Shown: positions 8,308 to 18,800, counted from the stretch's first letter. The stretch is DNA of 39,957 nt from Gemmatimonadota bacterium (GCA_038153405.1 JAYOYH010000034.1:9092-49048), one strand, 5' to 3'. A program made the numbers and translations. Notes: generated by a model from the letters alone, not told the origin.

Positions 8308-11300
8308 GTGACCTGCGCTATCCGTAAGCCGTCTTTGACTTTCGCTCACTGCCCTAGGCGCTACCTCACTGTCGTCGGCGTGCTCTTCGCCCTCTCGCAG
8401 ATGCTGTTCTCGGCCTGTTCTGGGCCGCAGGAAGCGCCCGACCCACCGGAGTCAAACGCCACAGACACACAGCAATCACACGTGCCCGACCAAAGCGGAC
8501 CGGCCGACACAGCACCGCCACCTGCTGCGCGATTTGTCGACGTCAGTGCGCACGCTGGCATTGTGGAACAGACCGTTTCGGGCAGCCCCGAGCAGGGCTA
8601 TATCGGCGAGACCATGTCGGCCGGCGTCGCCGTCTTCGACGCAGATGCCGACGGATACCTCGATCTCTTTCTGGTCGGCGGCAACAGGCTGTCTGCTCCC
8701 GACGTGACGACCAGTCAGCGGCTTTATATCAACGACCAAGACGGCACATTCCGCGACCAGACTCAATCTGCCGGCCTTGCGGCCGTCGGCTGGGGCATGG
8801 GTGCAGCCGTCGGCGATACGGACAACGATGGCGATGTCGATCTCTACGTAACCTATCTCGGAGAAAACAAATTCTACCTCAACAGCGGCGACGCCACGTT
8901 TAGCGAAGTGGGCGCAAAGGCCGGCGTGGCCGATGCGGCCTGGGGGGCCAGCGCCGCCTTTGGCGACTTGGACCAGGACGGCTTACTCGACCTATACGTC
9001 ACAAATTACGTGAAGTTCGATTTTGACCGTCCGCCGACGGGGCCCCTCAAGTGCACCTACAAAGGATTAGATACGTTTTGTGGCCCGCAGGGCATGGTCA
9101 GCAGCAGCGATCGACTGTATCGAAACAGGGGCGATAACGCATTTGTCGACGTCAGCGAGAAGACGCCTGTTAGCGACTTTGCACTGCCGGCACTTGGCGT
9201 CGTCTTGGCAGATATAGATAACGACGCAGACCTAGACATTTATGTCGCTAACGACTCGGAGCGCAATCTACTCTTTGAAAACACTGGACAGTGGACTTTT
9301 CGGGAGCGCGCGATTGAAGCGGGGCTCGCCTATAGCGAAGAGGGCCGTGCTCAAGCCGGGATGGGCGTAGATGCGGCGGACTTTGACGACGACGGAGATA
9401 TCGATATCGTCGTAACCAACTTTTCCGACGATGTGAATACGCTCTACCTGAACGATGGAACGGGCCTCTTTGCCGATCGCACCTATGCCGCCGGACTCGG
9501 CAGCGTCGTGCGCCCTTATTTGGGCTGGTCTACTCGCTTTTTCGATTTTGACAACGACGGCGACCTAGACCTCTACGTGGCCAATGGCCACATCTATCCA
9601 CAACTCGAGCAGTTGCCCGATGGGCTGCACTACGCACAGAAAAACCTGCTGTATAGAAACGACGCTGGTACGTACACTCCTGTCGACGGCGGGCCTGGAT
9701 GGCAGATCGAAAAAGTCAGCCGCGGTGGCGCTGTATTTGACTACGATAACGACGGCGACCTAGATGTTGTTATCAACAACCTCAACGATACGCCGGACCT
9801 TCTGCGCAACGACACGCCGCGTGCAAACAGCTGGATTGGCGTGCAGCTGACCGGCATGCAGAGCAACCGCGATGGCGTGGGCGCCCGCGTCGTTGTAAAA
9901 ACGGGCCGCACCACGCGGACGCGCTACGTCAATAGAGGACGCGGCTTTCAGGCGCAGAGCGATCCGCGTCTCGTCTTTGGCTTGCGACCCGACGAACGCC
10001 TCGATACCCTGTCGGTCTTCTGGCCCTCCGGCCAGGTGCACGTGCTGACGGACCTGCCTAGCAAGACGTATATCCTGATTGACGAGCGGGGCGGTTGGCG
10101 CCCGCTCTCCTTTAACCGTGTGGCCGACGCGCGCAGCACAGAAGAGTCTGCGGTCGACAGCACCCCGCGCGCAGCGCACCCGACGGGAAGCCAACAGCAG
10201 GCGGTCGATCGGTCTAATTGGAGCGCAACGGACTTTGCCCGCGCCGGACAAAGGCTGTATGACCAGGGACAGTATGATGCGTCCAGGAAGATGCTCGAAA
10301 GCGCCGTGCGCCTAGCCCCGCAAAACCCCGCGCTGCAGGTCAACCTCGCCATGGTATTTTTTCAGGGCATGGGCGACTACCAGCGAGCGGTCGACATCCT
10401 CTCAGAAACGACGCGATCGGCGCCCAATAACAGCGATGCCCACACCTTGCTCGGCAAGGCCTATTTGAGTTTAAACCAAATTCAACAGGCAAGGGAGGCT
10501 TTTGCGCGCGCCGCACGCGTCGACTCGCTCAACTGGGAAGTGCACAATTGGCTGGGCTTGGCCCACATGCGCTCCAATGACCCAAACGGGGCACTGGCCA
10601 GCTTTACATCGGCCGCGCGACTAGCGCCCTGGCAGCCCGCTCCTCATTTGCACTTATCGCGCGTTTTTGCCCAGCTGGGAAACTCCGCCCAGGCCACCGT
10701 TGCCAACCAGAACTTCACGCGCCTACAGCCGCTAGAGGAAAGCGTCGAGCGCTTCAAGGAAAAGGTTGCGCTTTTTCCAGACAGCACGCGCGCACATGCC
10801 CTGCTGGGGTTGGCGTACGTAGAGCAGGGACGCAAAGAGGCCGCTGCGCAGCACTTTGCAACGGCCATTCGTTTAGACTCTCTGTATGCGCCAGCATACC
10901 ACGGCTTCGGCAAGTTGCATATGCTCGACGGACGCGTAAATGAAGCCATCCGCTTTTTCGAGCGTGCCTGCGCGCTAGACCAGACGTTTGGGCTAGCCGT
11001 ATTCGACCTGGCCCAAGCCTATTTTCGCATTGGAGAATTTCAGCGCTCGATTGCCGTATACACCTTCGCCCTGACCATCGACTCGCGGCACGATATAATC
11101 AACACGAATTTGGCTATGGCATACGCCATGGCGGGCAATCTCGATCGGGCCAAACAGCTGTTTAATCGGGTAATTGAAAACGATGGCAATAGCATTGACG
11201 CCCGCGATGGGCTGGCCCAGGTGTTGCTCGCCGAGGGGGACAAGCAGGGCGCACTAGCGCAGTGGAAGTACATTCTCTCGCTCGACCCCACACACGCGAG

Positions 11301-11328
11301 AGCCGCTTCGGCCGTTGGCCAGCGCTAG
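8308..11328 (+). CDS. ASPIC/UnbV (CRTAC1-like) FG-GAP repeat lipoprotein with C-terminal TPR array
   Basis: Lipobox-like LFSAC. Repeated D-x-D-N-D-G-D-x-D-L-Y-V motifs. ASPIC/UnbV motif SNRDGVGARV...QSDPRLVFGL...WPSG. About 350 aa of TPR-like helical repeats at the C-terminus. Confidence 0.85.
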   Translation: MTCAIRKPSLTFAHCPRRYLTVVGVLFALSQMLFSACSGPQEAPDPPESNATDTQQSHVPDQSGPADTAPPPAARFVDVSAHAGIVEQTVSGSPEQGYIGETMSAGVAVFDADADGYLDLFLVGGNRLSAPDVTTSQRLYINDQDGTFRDQTQSAGLAAVGWGMGAAVGDTDNDGDVDLYVTYLGENKFYLNSGDATFSEVGAKAGVADAAWGASAAFGDLDQDGLLDLYVTNYVKFDFDRPPTGPLKCTYKGLDTFCGPQGMVSSSDRLYRNRGDNAFVDVSEKTPVSDFALPALGVVLADIDNDADLDIYVANDSERNLLFENTGQWTFRERAIEAGLAYSEEGRAQAGMGVDAADFDDDGDIDIVVTNFSDDVNTLYLNDGTGLFADRTYAAGLGSVVRPYLGWSTRFFDFDNDGDLDLYVANGHIYPQLEQLPDGLHYAQKNLLYRNDAGTYTPVDGGPGWQIEKVSRGGAVFDYDNDGDLDVVINNLNDTPDLLRNDTPRANSWIGVQLTGMQSNRDGVGARVVVKTGRTTRTRYVNRGRGFQAQSDPRLVFGLRPDERLDTLSVFWPSGQVHVLTDLPSKTYILIDERGGWRPLSFNRVADARSTEESAVDSTPRAAHPTGSQQQAVDRSNWSATDFARAGQRLYDQGQYDASRKMLESAVRLAPQNPALQVNLAMVFFQGMGDYQRAVDILSETTRSAPNNSDAHTLLGKAYLSLNQIQQAREAFARAARVDSLNWEVHNWLGLAHMRSNDPNGALASFTSAARLAPWQPAPHLHLSRVFAQLGNSAQATVANQNFTRLQPLEESVERFKEKVALFPDSTRAHALLGLAYVEQGRKEAAAQHFATAIRLDSLYAPAYHGFGKLHMLDGRVNEAIRFFERACALDQTFGLAVFDLAQAYFRIGEFQRSIAVYTFALTIDSRHDIINTNLAMAYAMAGNLDRAKQLFNRVIENDGNSIDARDGLAQVLLAEGDKQGALAQWKYILSLDPTHARAASAVGQR

Positions 11329-11756
11329 TCGCCGATTCCTCTCGTTGCGACTTGAACCTGCTGGTCATCCGTCGCCAACACGATCTTTTCCACGCCGACC
11401 CGCTTAGCCACTTCAAGCATTTCCAACATGTGCTTGTGCCGCGTCTGCTGATCGGTTCTCAGTATGAGCGTTAAGCTGCCCGTATCCTGCATTTCGCGCA
11501 GCAGAACGGACTCGAGCTCTCCGCTGGTAACCAGATTTCTATTGATTTCTACGCGCCCGTCGATCGTCACCGTACCCACCAGTTTTTTCTCTTCTATTTG
11601 ACCGGCCTTCGTCGCTTCAGGCAGCTGCACTTGCAGCGTGTAGGGCTGCTTAAAAACCGTTGTTACCATAAAGAAGATAAGCAACAAAAACACGCAATCG
11701 ATCAGCGGAGTTAGGTTGAGTCCTTGTTCTTCTTCGGCCAAGCTTCTCTTTGCCAC
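11325..11756 (-). CDS. exbD: ExbD/TolR family biopolymer transport protein
   Basis: LNLTPLIDCVFLLLIFFMVTT TM segment with the conserved Asp. C-terminal LILRTDQ...LEVAKRVGVEKI. Confidence 0.9.
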   Translation of the reverse strand: MAKRSLAEEEQGLNLTPLIDCVFLLLIFFMVTTVFKQPYTLQVQLPEATKAGQIEEKKLVGTVTIDGRVEINRNLVTSGELESVLLREMQDTGSLTLILRTDQQTRHKHMLEMLEVAKRVGVEKIVLATDDQQVQVATRGIGD

Positions 11757-11765
11757 AGTGCGACC

Positions 11766-12179
11766 TCACTCTTTTTCCTGAACAAAGGCAATACCCTCAA
11801 TGCCTACCTGCCGGGCACTGTCTACCACATAAACGACATCCTTCTGAACGCATTCCCCATCGGCTTGGATAATGATGTTGTCGTTATTGGCTTCTTCGAC
11901 CGCCTGTTTGAGCTTTTCCTGCAGCGCCTCGCGAGCGACGTCCTGTCCGCCGATTTGAATTTTGCCGTACTGATCAATGGCCACATTGATATCTTTTTTC
12001 TTCTCTTCCTCGGCCTGGCTGTCTGCCGGCATATCGACTTCAAGCCCTTTTGTCTGCAGAAAGACCGTCGTCACCATAAAAAAGATGAGCAACAGAAATA
12101 CGCAGTCGATCAAGGGCGTCATATCGGGCTCGCCGTCTTCGGAAAAGCTGCGAGCTCTGCGGATGCGGTGCCTGGCCAT
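11766..12179 (-). CDS. exbD: ExbD/TolR family biopolymer transport protein
   Basis: DMTPLIDCVFLLLIFFMVTT and IIIQADG...VVDSARQVGI. AGGAG RBS before ATG 12179; the ORF-track start at 12245 overlaps exbB. Confidence 0.9.
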   Translation of the reverse strand: MARHRIRRARSFSEDGEPDMTPLIDCVFLLLIFFMVTTVFLQTKGLEVDMPADSQAEEEKKKDINVAIDQYGKIQIGGQDVAREALQEKLKQAVEEANNDNIIIQADGECVQKDVVYVVDSARQVGIEGIAFVQEKE

Positions 12180-12189
12180 ACCGATTCTC

Positions 12190-12924
12190 CTACGCGCTCG
12201 CCTTCCGGCCCGACATGATGAGCGCATTGGCAAAAGCGTGGCCATAGGCCTCTACGCGCTCCAGCGAACGGTCGGCCGTTCGCGCCAAATAGCGATAAAA
12301 GACAATGGACGGTATCGCCACGATAAGGCCCGTCGCCGTGGTAACCAGCGCCTGAGAAATACCGCCAGCAACGACCTTGGGATCTCCGGCACCAGACGCG
12401 GCAATCGATTCAAAAGCGACGATCATACCGGTTATCGTGCCCAACAGGCCAATGAGCGGCGCGATGTTGCCGATGGTATTGATAATGGGTAAGTGCTTGC
12501 CTAGGTAAGTACGCGCCGATTCTTCCGTTTGTATAACGAGTTCATCCTTCATGTCGGCGATCTCTTTTTGCATAACCAGAAACCGGCCCATTTCGCCGCC
12601 GCCGCCGACTTCTCCCAGCTTGATGATCTCTTCGTTTGTCGCCTTGAATTCTTCCTGTTCAATTATGAGCGTGTTGTAGCGCTTTAACAGCGAGGCAAAG
12701 ACGAAGTTGAGTACGCCCTTACCGCTTTCGCAGATCTGCACCGCCGACTGCTGTCCCTCGCGCAGCAGCGCCCCTTCAATCTGCTCCAACTCTTCCTTAG
12801 ACTGTTCGGCGCTTGGCAGGGCATTTAGAACGAGGAGTCGCTCTATGGACAGGCAGACCGATAGCAAGCCGCAAACGATGAGGGGTATCATCAGTGGGCC
12901 ACCGCTTTGAATAATTTCCAACAT
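12190..12924 (-). CDS. exbB: MotA/TolQ/ExbB proton channel family protein
   Basis: GGPLMIPL...SIER, APLIGLLGTITGMIVAF and GGISQALVTTATGLIVAIP motifs. AAGGAG RBS. Confidence 0.92.
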   Translation of the reverse strand: MLEIIQSGGPLMIPLIVCGLLSVCLSIERLLVLNALPSAEQSKEELEQIEGALLREGQQSAVQICESGKGVLNFVFASLLKRYNTLIIEQEEFKATNEEIIKLGEVGGGGEMGRFLVMQKEIADMKDELVIQTEESARTYLGKHLPIINTIGNIAPLIGLLGTITGMIVAFESIAASGAGDPKVVAGGISQALVTTATGLIVAIPSIVFYRYLARTADRSLERVEAYGHAFANALIMSGRKASA

Positions 12925-12970
12925 AGTGATTCACTCCTTGCTTTGGATGGACTGCAGCCGCCCTCACGAT

Positions 12971-13858
12971 TTAGTTTTTCGTCTCGCCTGGAACTAAACG
13001 CGCCCCCAAACTCAACCCCGTCTGTATCGGACCTTCATTGTCAATGACAGCGGCCTTTGACAGGTGTTGACCTATGATTTCCTCTATCCGCACGGCACCG
13101 ACGTGCTGGCCGTTTTGCATAACAGAGAAAATATCTCCCCGCCTGACCAAATCGCCGTTGCCGATATTCAGATATATTTCTACCCCGTCAACGGCTAGCA
13201 CTTTCGCATCTTCTCGCAGCGCGATAGGCGCTCGCCCAAGCAGCGAATCGGCAATAGCCTGACTCAGTTCTCCGAACACGCTCTGCACGTGCTGGCCAAA
13301 GGTTAGGGCAAAGAACTTTTCCGACGCAAACTCTGCAGACAGCAGCTCTCGAAACTCCCGGTCTTGCGCGTTGGGCTTGCCAAACAGACTAAAGTCGATC
13401 GGGCGTTCTACCGAATCTCTCCTTACGTCCAACGTGGACAGGATCGAACCCGACTTTCCATCGATCAGCTCAATCTCGTCTATTTTAACACTGTGCGTAT
13501 ACGATTTATAGCCAAACGTATTGGGGTCGCCAGCCACGGTGCGGCGAACGCCAAACTTGCTGACGCGGCCGCGTATGAGCACATCCACATCGAGCTGCGC
13601 CGCGATCCCTTGCCACTGCTTGGCCATCTCGGCCAGGTCTCCCGTCGTGCGGGTATTTATTTCCGACGCCACGACGGCGATGCCCGGTATCTCGTCCAAG
13701 TGGGTGCCCAACAGTCTTGGCACGTCGCTAGCCAATTTCCACGCGCCCTGAAAGCCAGCCTGGTCATCAAAGGGCAGCAAAGCGACGCGAACGGGCGGCA
13801 AGCTGGCAAAGCTCGGCCACGCGAAAAACAGTATGCCCGCAAAGAGAAACACCGTCAC
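12971..13858 (-). CDS. Exported protein with CsgG/TolB-N-like alpha/beta domain and FlgT C-terminal-like domain
   Basis: GTG at 13858 gives a signal peptide (MTVFLFAGILFFAWPSFA). Motifs RVALLPFDD, LDVDVLIRGRV and LIDGKSG. C-terminal AKVLAVDGVEIYLNIGNGDLVRRGDIFSV resembles FlgT_C. Confidence 0.55.
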   Translation of the reverse strand: MTVFLFAGILFFAWPSFASLPPVRVALLPFDDQAGFQGAWKLASDVPRLLGTHLDEIPGIAVVASEINTRTTGDLAEMAKQWQGIAAQLDVDVLIRGRVSKFGVRRTVAGDPNTFGYKSYTHSVKIDEIELIDGKSGSILSTLDVRRDSVERPIDFSLFGKPNAQDREFRELLSAEFASEKFFALTFGQHVQSVFGELSQAIADSLLGRAPIALREDAKVLAVDGVEIYLNIGNGDLVRRGDIFSVMQNGQHVGAVRIEEIIGQHLSKAAVIDNEGPIQTGLSLGARLVPGETKN

Positions 13859-13859
13859 G

Positions 13860-14651
13860 CTAGTCCGTTTCCGCTGAGAGCAGCTCGACCGTGTGCTCGA
13901 ATGAAAGGGCCACATCCAGCGACTCAAGCGGCTGTCCCGACGCATCGAACTTGAATATGAAATCGCGCAGGACCATCTCTACGGACTCTACTTTGTCCTG
14001 CAGCGGCCTAAAGGCAATCAGGCCGCTGTAGCTCTCGCCTTTAAATACGAGCTGGTCTTCCAAGTAGGCCGAGCTGCGCACGTTGCCCATGCGCAGGTCG
14101 AAGCGATAGAATTCATTGCCGCTTTGTCCGCGCAGACCGCGATAGTACTGCTCGAAGCTCTCGTAGGGCGCAGATGCGGGAATGCCAAAGGCGTACAGCT
14201 TCTCTCCCTGATCCGTCAGCAAGTAGGACTTTATGGGATCCAAGAGCACTTTCGCGTAAATGTCGTTGACGACGGTCACGCGAAACACGGTGAAGCGCTT
14301 AGGGCGGTATCCCTTTAATGGATCGATCCAATCTCCATACGTATAGGGATTAGTCGAAAAGCGCCCCCTTGACGAATCTTGCGGAAAGAGCGCGTTCAGC
14401 TGGTCGTCGCTCAAGGGCTCCACCTTTATGCGCAGTCCCTCCATGGCAAACGTTATGGAGGCAGCGTCATCCGATGTATAGCTGCCGTTTTGCCGGGCTG
14501 CCAGTATGAGCTCGGACGACGTGTCGAGCCCCTTCTCTGCAGCATACAAATCGCTGTGGTAAATGGATAGCGATGGGTTAAATACGCTCTGACATCCGCT
14601 GAACCATACTACGCATAACACGCACAGGTATTTCATACCCAATTCTCTCAT
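13860..14651 (-). CDS. Hypothetical lipoprotein
   Basis: MKYLCVLCVVWFSG-C lipobox (alternative start 14636). ATGA-coupled to the upstream gene. Beta-rich C-terminal part. Confidence 0.75.
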   Translation of the reverse strand: MRELGMKYLCVLCVVWFSGCQSVFNPSLSIYHSDLYAAEKGLDTSSELILAARQNGSYTSDDAASITFAMEGLRIKVEPLSDDQLNALFPQDSSRGRFSTNPYTYGDWIDPLKGYRPKRFTVFRVTVVNDIYAKVLLDPIKSYLLTDQGEKLYAFGIPASAPYESFEQYYRGLRGQSGNEFYRFDLRMGNVRSSAYLEDQLVFKGESYSGLIAFRPLQDKVESVEMVLRDFIFKFDASGQPLESLDVALSFEHTVELLSAETD

Positions 14652-15874
14652 TCGCTTCGTTGACTGAAGAAATCGATTTGCTGTTGGGCAATAGAGCCCT
14701 GCTGCGTCAAGGCGAACACAACGGCATTAATGCCAAAGCGCAGTTGGGGTTCGTTGCCAAAGTTGCGCGCCCACGTATGGACATAACCTTTGTCGCAGTA
14801 AATAGCGACCAACCGATCGCCCAAGAACACGCCTTCGAGGTTGTACGACGGCTGGGCTATTACGACATTTTCCAACCCGCGCTGGCCGCCGCTGTCGGGC
14901 ACTTCCAGCTCCGAGCCAACAGGAGGGCCGTCAAAGTCGTAAAACGTATGGTAAATCGGGTGGTTGTTGGGAATGACTTGCAGCACGCCCTGCGACCTCA
15001 GCGCATCGCGAAAAACCTTGCGCAACGACGCTTCTGCTTGACTATACTCGGCAGTGGGATTGGCATTGTCGGCGAAAATAAACCCCCCTCGACGCAGGTA
15101 TTCACCGAGATTTTCGATCTCGCGCTCGGTCAGCTCGAATGCCTCCTGCGCCGTCAAGTAAACAAACGGCGTCCGAAAGAGCTCTTGAGAATCGATAAAG
15201 AGATGGGCGTCGACCTGTGCCGATATGCCCGTCTGTTTGTTGAGCGCATCAACTAGGTTTGGAATGGCCTTGGCGGCGCTGTCAAAGGTCGGCTCGAGAT
15301 CGTTGGCCCAGGCCGTACCCAGATAAATAAATCCCTTTACGCTGCGGCGATCGGATGGATCCTGTATGATCAGCCCCTTGTATTTACCCGTGTCCAGCGC
15401 CTTCAAATCGATCAATTCCTCGCGCATGGCTATGCGCTTTTCCGGCTCTTTAGTACCTGCTATAACCGCGGCCGACAAATCGACATCGCCGGCGTTCAGG
15501 TCGAGTTTTACATCGGGGCTGACGTTGTAGTCGAACGTAGCTATTCTGCCAATCGAGGATATACCAGCAACGCTTTGCGCCGCGGGCATCTGCACGCGAG
15601 GTGTCAGAGATGTCATTTTCTTTGTCATCGCGCGCGGCTGTATGCGCTGTTTTTTCAGAACAAACGCTTTGGAAGAGCGCGGCTTGCGGATAATTAGCCG
15701 GGTAATCGCCGGCGGTGGCGCCTCTTTCTTATCCTGGGAGAGAATCATATACAGCGTCAGCCCTCCTCCCAGTGCCAGCGCACACAGCAATCCCCAAACG
15801 GTATAGCGAGACGTATCCCGAAGTAGGTTTTTTAGACTAATGGTGTCGCTGGGCGAACTAAAGCGGGTGTTCAT
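14648..15874 (-). CDS. Membrane-anchored DUF4159-like domain protein
   Basis: N-terminal TM (VWGLLCALALGGGLTLYMIL), then a K/R/P-rich stalk. C-terminal PFVYLT...LTEREIENLGEYLRRGGFIFADN...IPNNHPIYHTFYDF...LEG...RLVAIY...RFGINAVVFALT is typical of DUF4159. Confidence 0.75.
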   Translation of the reverse strand: MNTRFSSPSDTISLKNLLRDTSRYTVWGLLCALALGGGLTLYMILSQDKKEAPPPAITRLIIRKPRSSKAFVLKKQRIQPRAMTKKMTSLTPRVQMPAAQSVAGISSIGRIATFDYNVSPDVKLDLNAGDVDLSAAVIAGTKEPEKRIAMREELIDLKALDTGKYKGLIIQDPSDRRSVKGFIYLGTAWANDLEPTFDSAAKAIPNLVDALNKQTGISAQVDAHLFIDSQELFRTPFVYLTAQEAFELTEREIENLGEYLRRGGFIFADNANPTAEYSQAEASLRKVFRDALRSQGVLQVIPNNHPIYHTFYDFDGPPVGSELEVPDSGGQRGLENVVIAQPSYNLEGVFLGDRLVAIYCDKGYVHTWARNFGNEPQLRFGINAVVFALTQQGSIAQQQIDFFSQRSE

Positions 15875-15891
15875 CTATGCACACTTTTCTA

Positions 15892-18800
15892 TCAGAGCCG
15901 TGAGGCCATGATCCAATCGCGATGAGATCGGGCAAACTGATACGCATCTCGCGTTGCCTTCTCTGCCTCATACAATTCAATAACCTGGTCGTAGACGCGA
16001 ACGGCATCGTTCCACTTGCCGATGCCCTCCAAGCACACGCCCATATTGCTGAGGGCGCCCAAAGCACTCTCTGTGCCGTCGTACTCTTCTATGATTTCTT
16101 CAAATACATCAATCGCTTCTTCGTAAAATTCCAGCCGATTGCCCACTTCTGCCGAATCCATTAGGGCCAGCCCCTTTTCATAGGCTTCGTAGGCAATGGC
16201 CTCCGTGAGCTCTTTCTTTAACTTGGGCACCTGCTGGGCAACGGTCGATCGTCGGTAGCGCTGTTCCACGATGGAATAGGCTTCGAGCGCCTGTTTGTAC
16301 TGCCCGGCGTTGTAGGCGTAGTCGCCAAACGTAAACTGCGCAGACGGCGCAAATTCGCTGTCGGGATAGCGCTCCAGCAGCAGGCCAAACTGTTCCATCG
16401 CCTCTTCTTGGCGTTCCAACTCGATCAGACACCACGCCATATTGTAGAGGGCATCGTCGGCGTTGTCGCTATCGCGATACGTCGTCAGCAGCACGCCGTA
16501 TGCATCGATCGCCTCTTGAAAACGACCCAGCTGATAGTTTGACTCGCCCAGACCAAAGTACAGCGCGTCAGCCGACTCGTGGTTGGGGTGATCGGCCACC
16601 ATTTGTTCAAACAGCGCATGGGCCGCTGCAAACTCGCGCAGGCTGTAGTGCGTATTGGCTAGATAGTAGGTCTTCAAAAAACGCTGCTCGGATGTCAGCT
16701 CTTCTGTCCGAACTTCCATTAGCTGGCTCTTTGCCGCCTCCAGATCTCCGTCTGAAAAGGCTATGGTTGCCAGACTGAGCTTGGCGTTCACGGCAAAGCG
16801 ACCCGATGGAAATTGCTGCACGTACTGTTGCAATGCATTGACGCCTTCGGCACTATCAGACGTGCGGACCAAAATTTCTCCGAGTATAAACAGCGCCTTT
16901 TCCCGTAGGCCATACGGCCTTTCCGCCGATGCCTGGTCTTCAAACGCAAGGGCGAGAATGCGCTTGGCCATCTGGGCCGTTTCCTCCCATCGCCCCTCGG
17001 CGTAATAGGAGTCCATAATGCGGCTTAGCAGCTCGGCTCGCTCCTGCGGCTTGGCCTCGCCATTCGACATGCTCTCCAACAGCTCAACCGCATCGGTCGC
17101 GCGGTTTTCCTTGAGCAGAAGCAAAATGAGCGTTTCGCGGGCATAGCGAATTTTTTCCACGTCTGTCACGTTCTCAATAACCCAGCTCAGATCGCCTTCG
17201 GCCAGCGCTAAACGGTCGTCCGAAAGGGCGGCGTTGCCCCTGGCCAGTCGCGACGCAACCAAGAGCTCGCCCTCCGGCTCCGATTCGATTAGGTCGCCAT
17301 ACGCCTGTATGGCTTGTGCCCAATGACCCATTGCCGAGTGTGCCTGTCCAATTAGGTATAAAAAGCTGTATACCTGTTGGTCATCCGCACCGCTCATACC
17401 CTCTGTCAGGATCTCTAGTGCCTGCTCATACTCGGTCTGTTCCAGCAGCTGGTGCCCCGCGCCTAGGCGAGAGCTCGTATAGTGACGCGAATCGCTCCCA
17501 ACGCGCAGAAACTCGCCAATGGAATCCTCGTATTGGCCCATGCTCTGCAGTGCGAGCGCCCTACGCATATGCGCATCGTCCAACCCTGCCGCGTCGGGGA
17601 AGAGAACGAGAACCTGATTGGCTAGAGAGTCTGAGAGGCGATGCTCGCCGCGCTGAAAGCTCAGCTCGGACAGCTGCAAGAGAGCCCTCTGGGCGTACGA
17701 CGCGCCGGCCTCGTCTATCAAAGACCGGTAGGCGCGCTCGGCGGAACGCTCGTTGTCGGCTCCGCCCACTGTTTGCAGAGCGTACGCCTTGTTAAACAGC
17801 GACTCCCACTTATACGGCGTGTTCTGCTCCTGTAGAATGGTGTCGTAATAGGCGACTGCCCGCATCAGAAGCGGCTCCGCTCCCACCTTGTCGCCCCCTT
17901 CGATGCGCGACTGAGCCTGCTGCTGGTAGCTATTGCCCATTCGGTAGTGTACTCGATCGAGGGGAAATCCCACACTGCTGGCCATATCGCTGTAGCCCTG
18001 TATAAACACTCGAAACTCCGACAGTGCGGCTTCGTACTGCTTTTGAGAAAAGAGCTTCTCTGCCAGCGCAAACTGAATACGCGCCCGCAAAGAGCGATCT
18101 GAAGAAATATCAATGGCCTCGCGGTAGGTGCGCACGGAACCGTCTAAATCGCCGCGCTGCTCGTACATATCGGCTAGGCGTAGGTAGGCCTCCTCAACGA
18201 GCGTCCGCTCGCTTGCAAAGCGCTTTATGACCCTGCGAAACGATGCCACGCCCGCTTCGTACTCGCCGATCTTGCCATAGCATGTAGCCGTGCGAATTTC
18301 CGCTTTTGCCGCCAGTTCCAACGCCGTCTCATCGACTAAACCGGCTAGCTTCTCGCGCTGCATAGCGGCCAGCTGATCCTCTGACAGTTCGTCTATGCGC
18401 TGTCGCTGGACAAGGCGCTGATAGTACTCTACGGCCGAGCCGCAGTCGTCCATGGCCAAATAGCACTCACCTATTTGGAACAGGCTGCGATCCGTGCGAT
18501 AACCGTTGGGGTAGTTTTCAACCAAGTCGACAAAGGCCTCTATCGAGGCGTTGTAATCGCCCATTTCGTAGTGGGCCCAACCCAAGTTGTAGAAGCCGGG
18601 CAGAGCATAGTCGTCAGCGCCGTACTCGTCGACCAAACGCTGCGACGCGCTAACGACGTCCTCGTATTTCTTTGCTTCAAAATGCGTCTCTATAAGCCGG
18701 CCGTGTGCCAGTCCTTTGAGCTCTTTGCTCGAGGCAGAGCGAATGACCTTCTCAAAAGAGTCGACGGACTGGGCGTATGAACTGTCGGCGAGCTGCAGGT

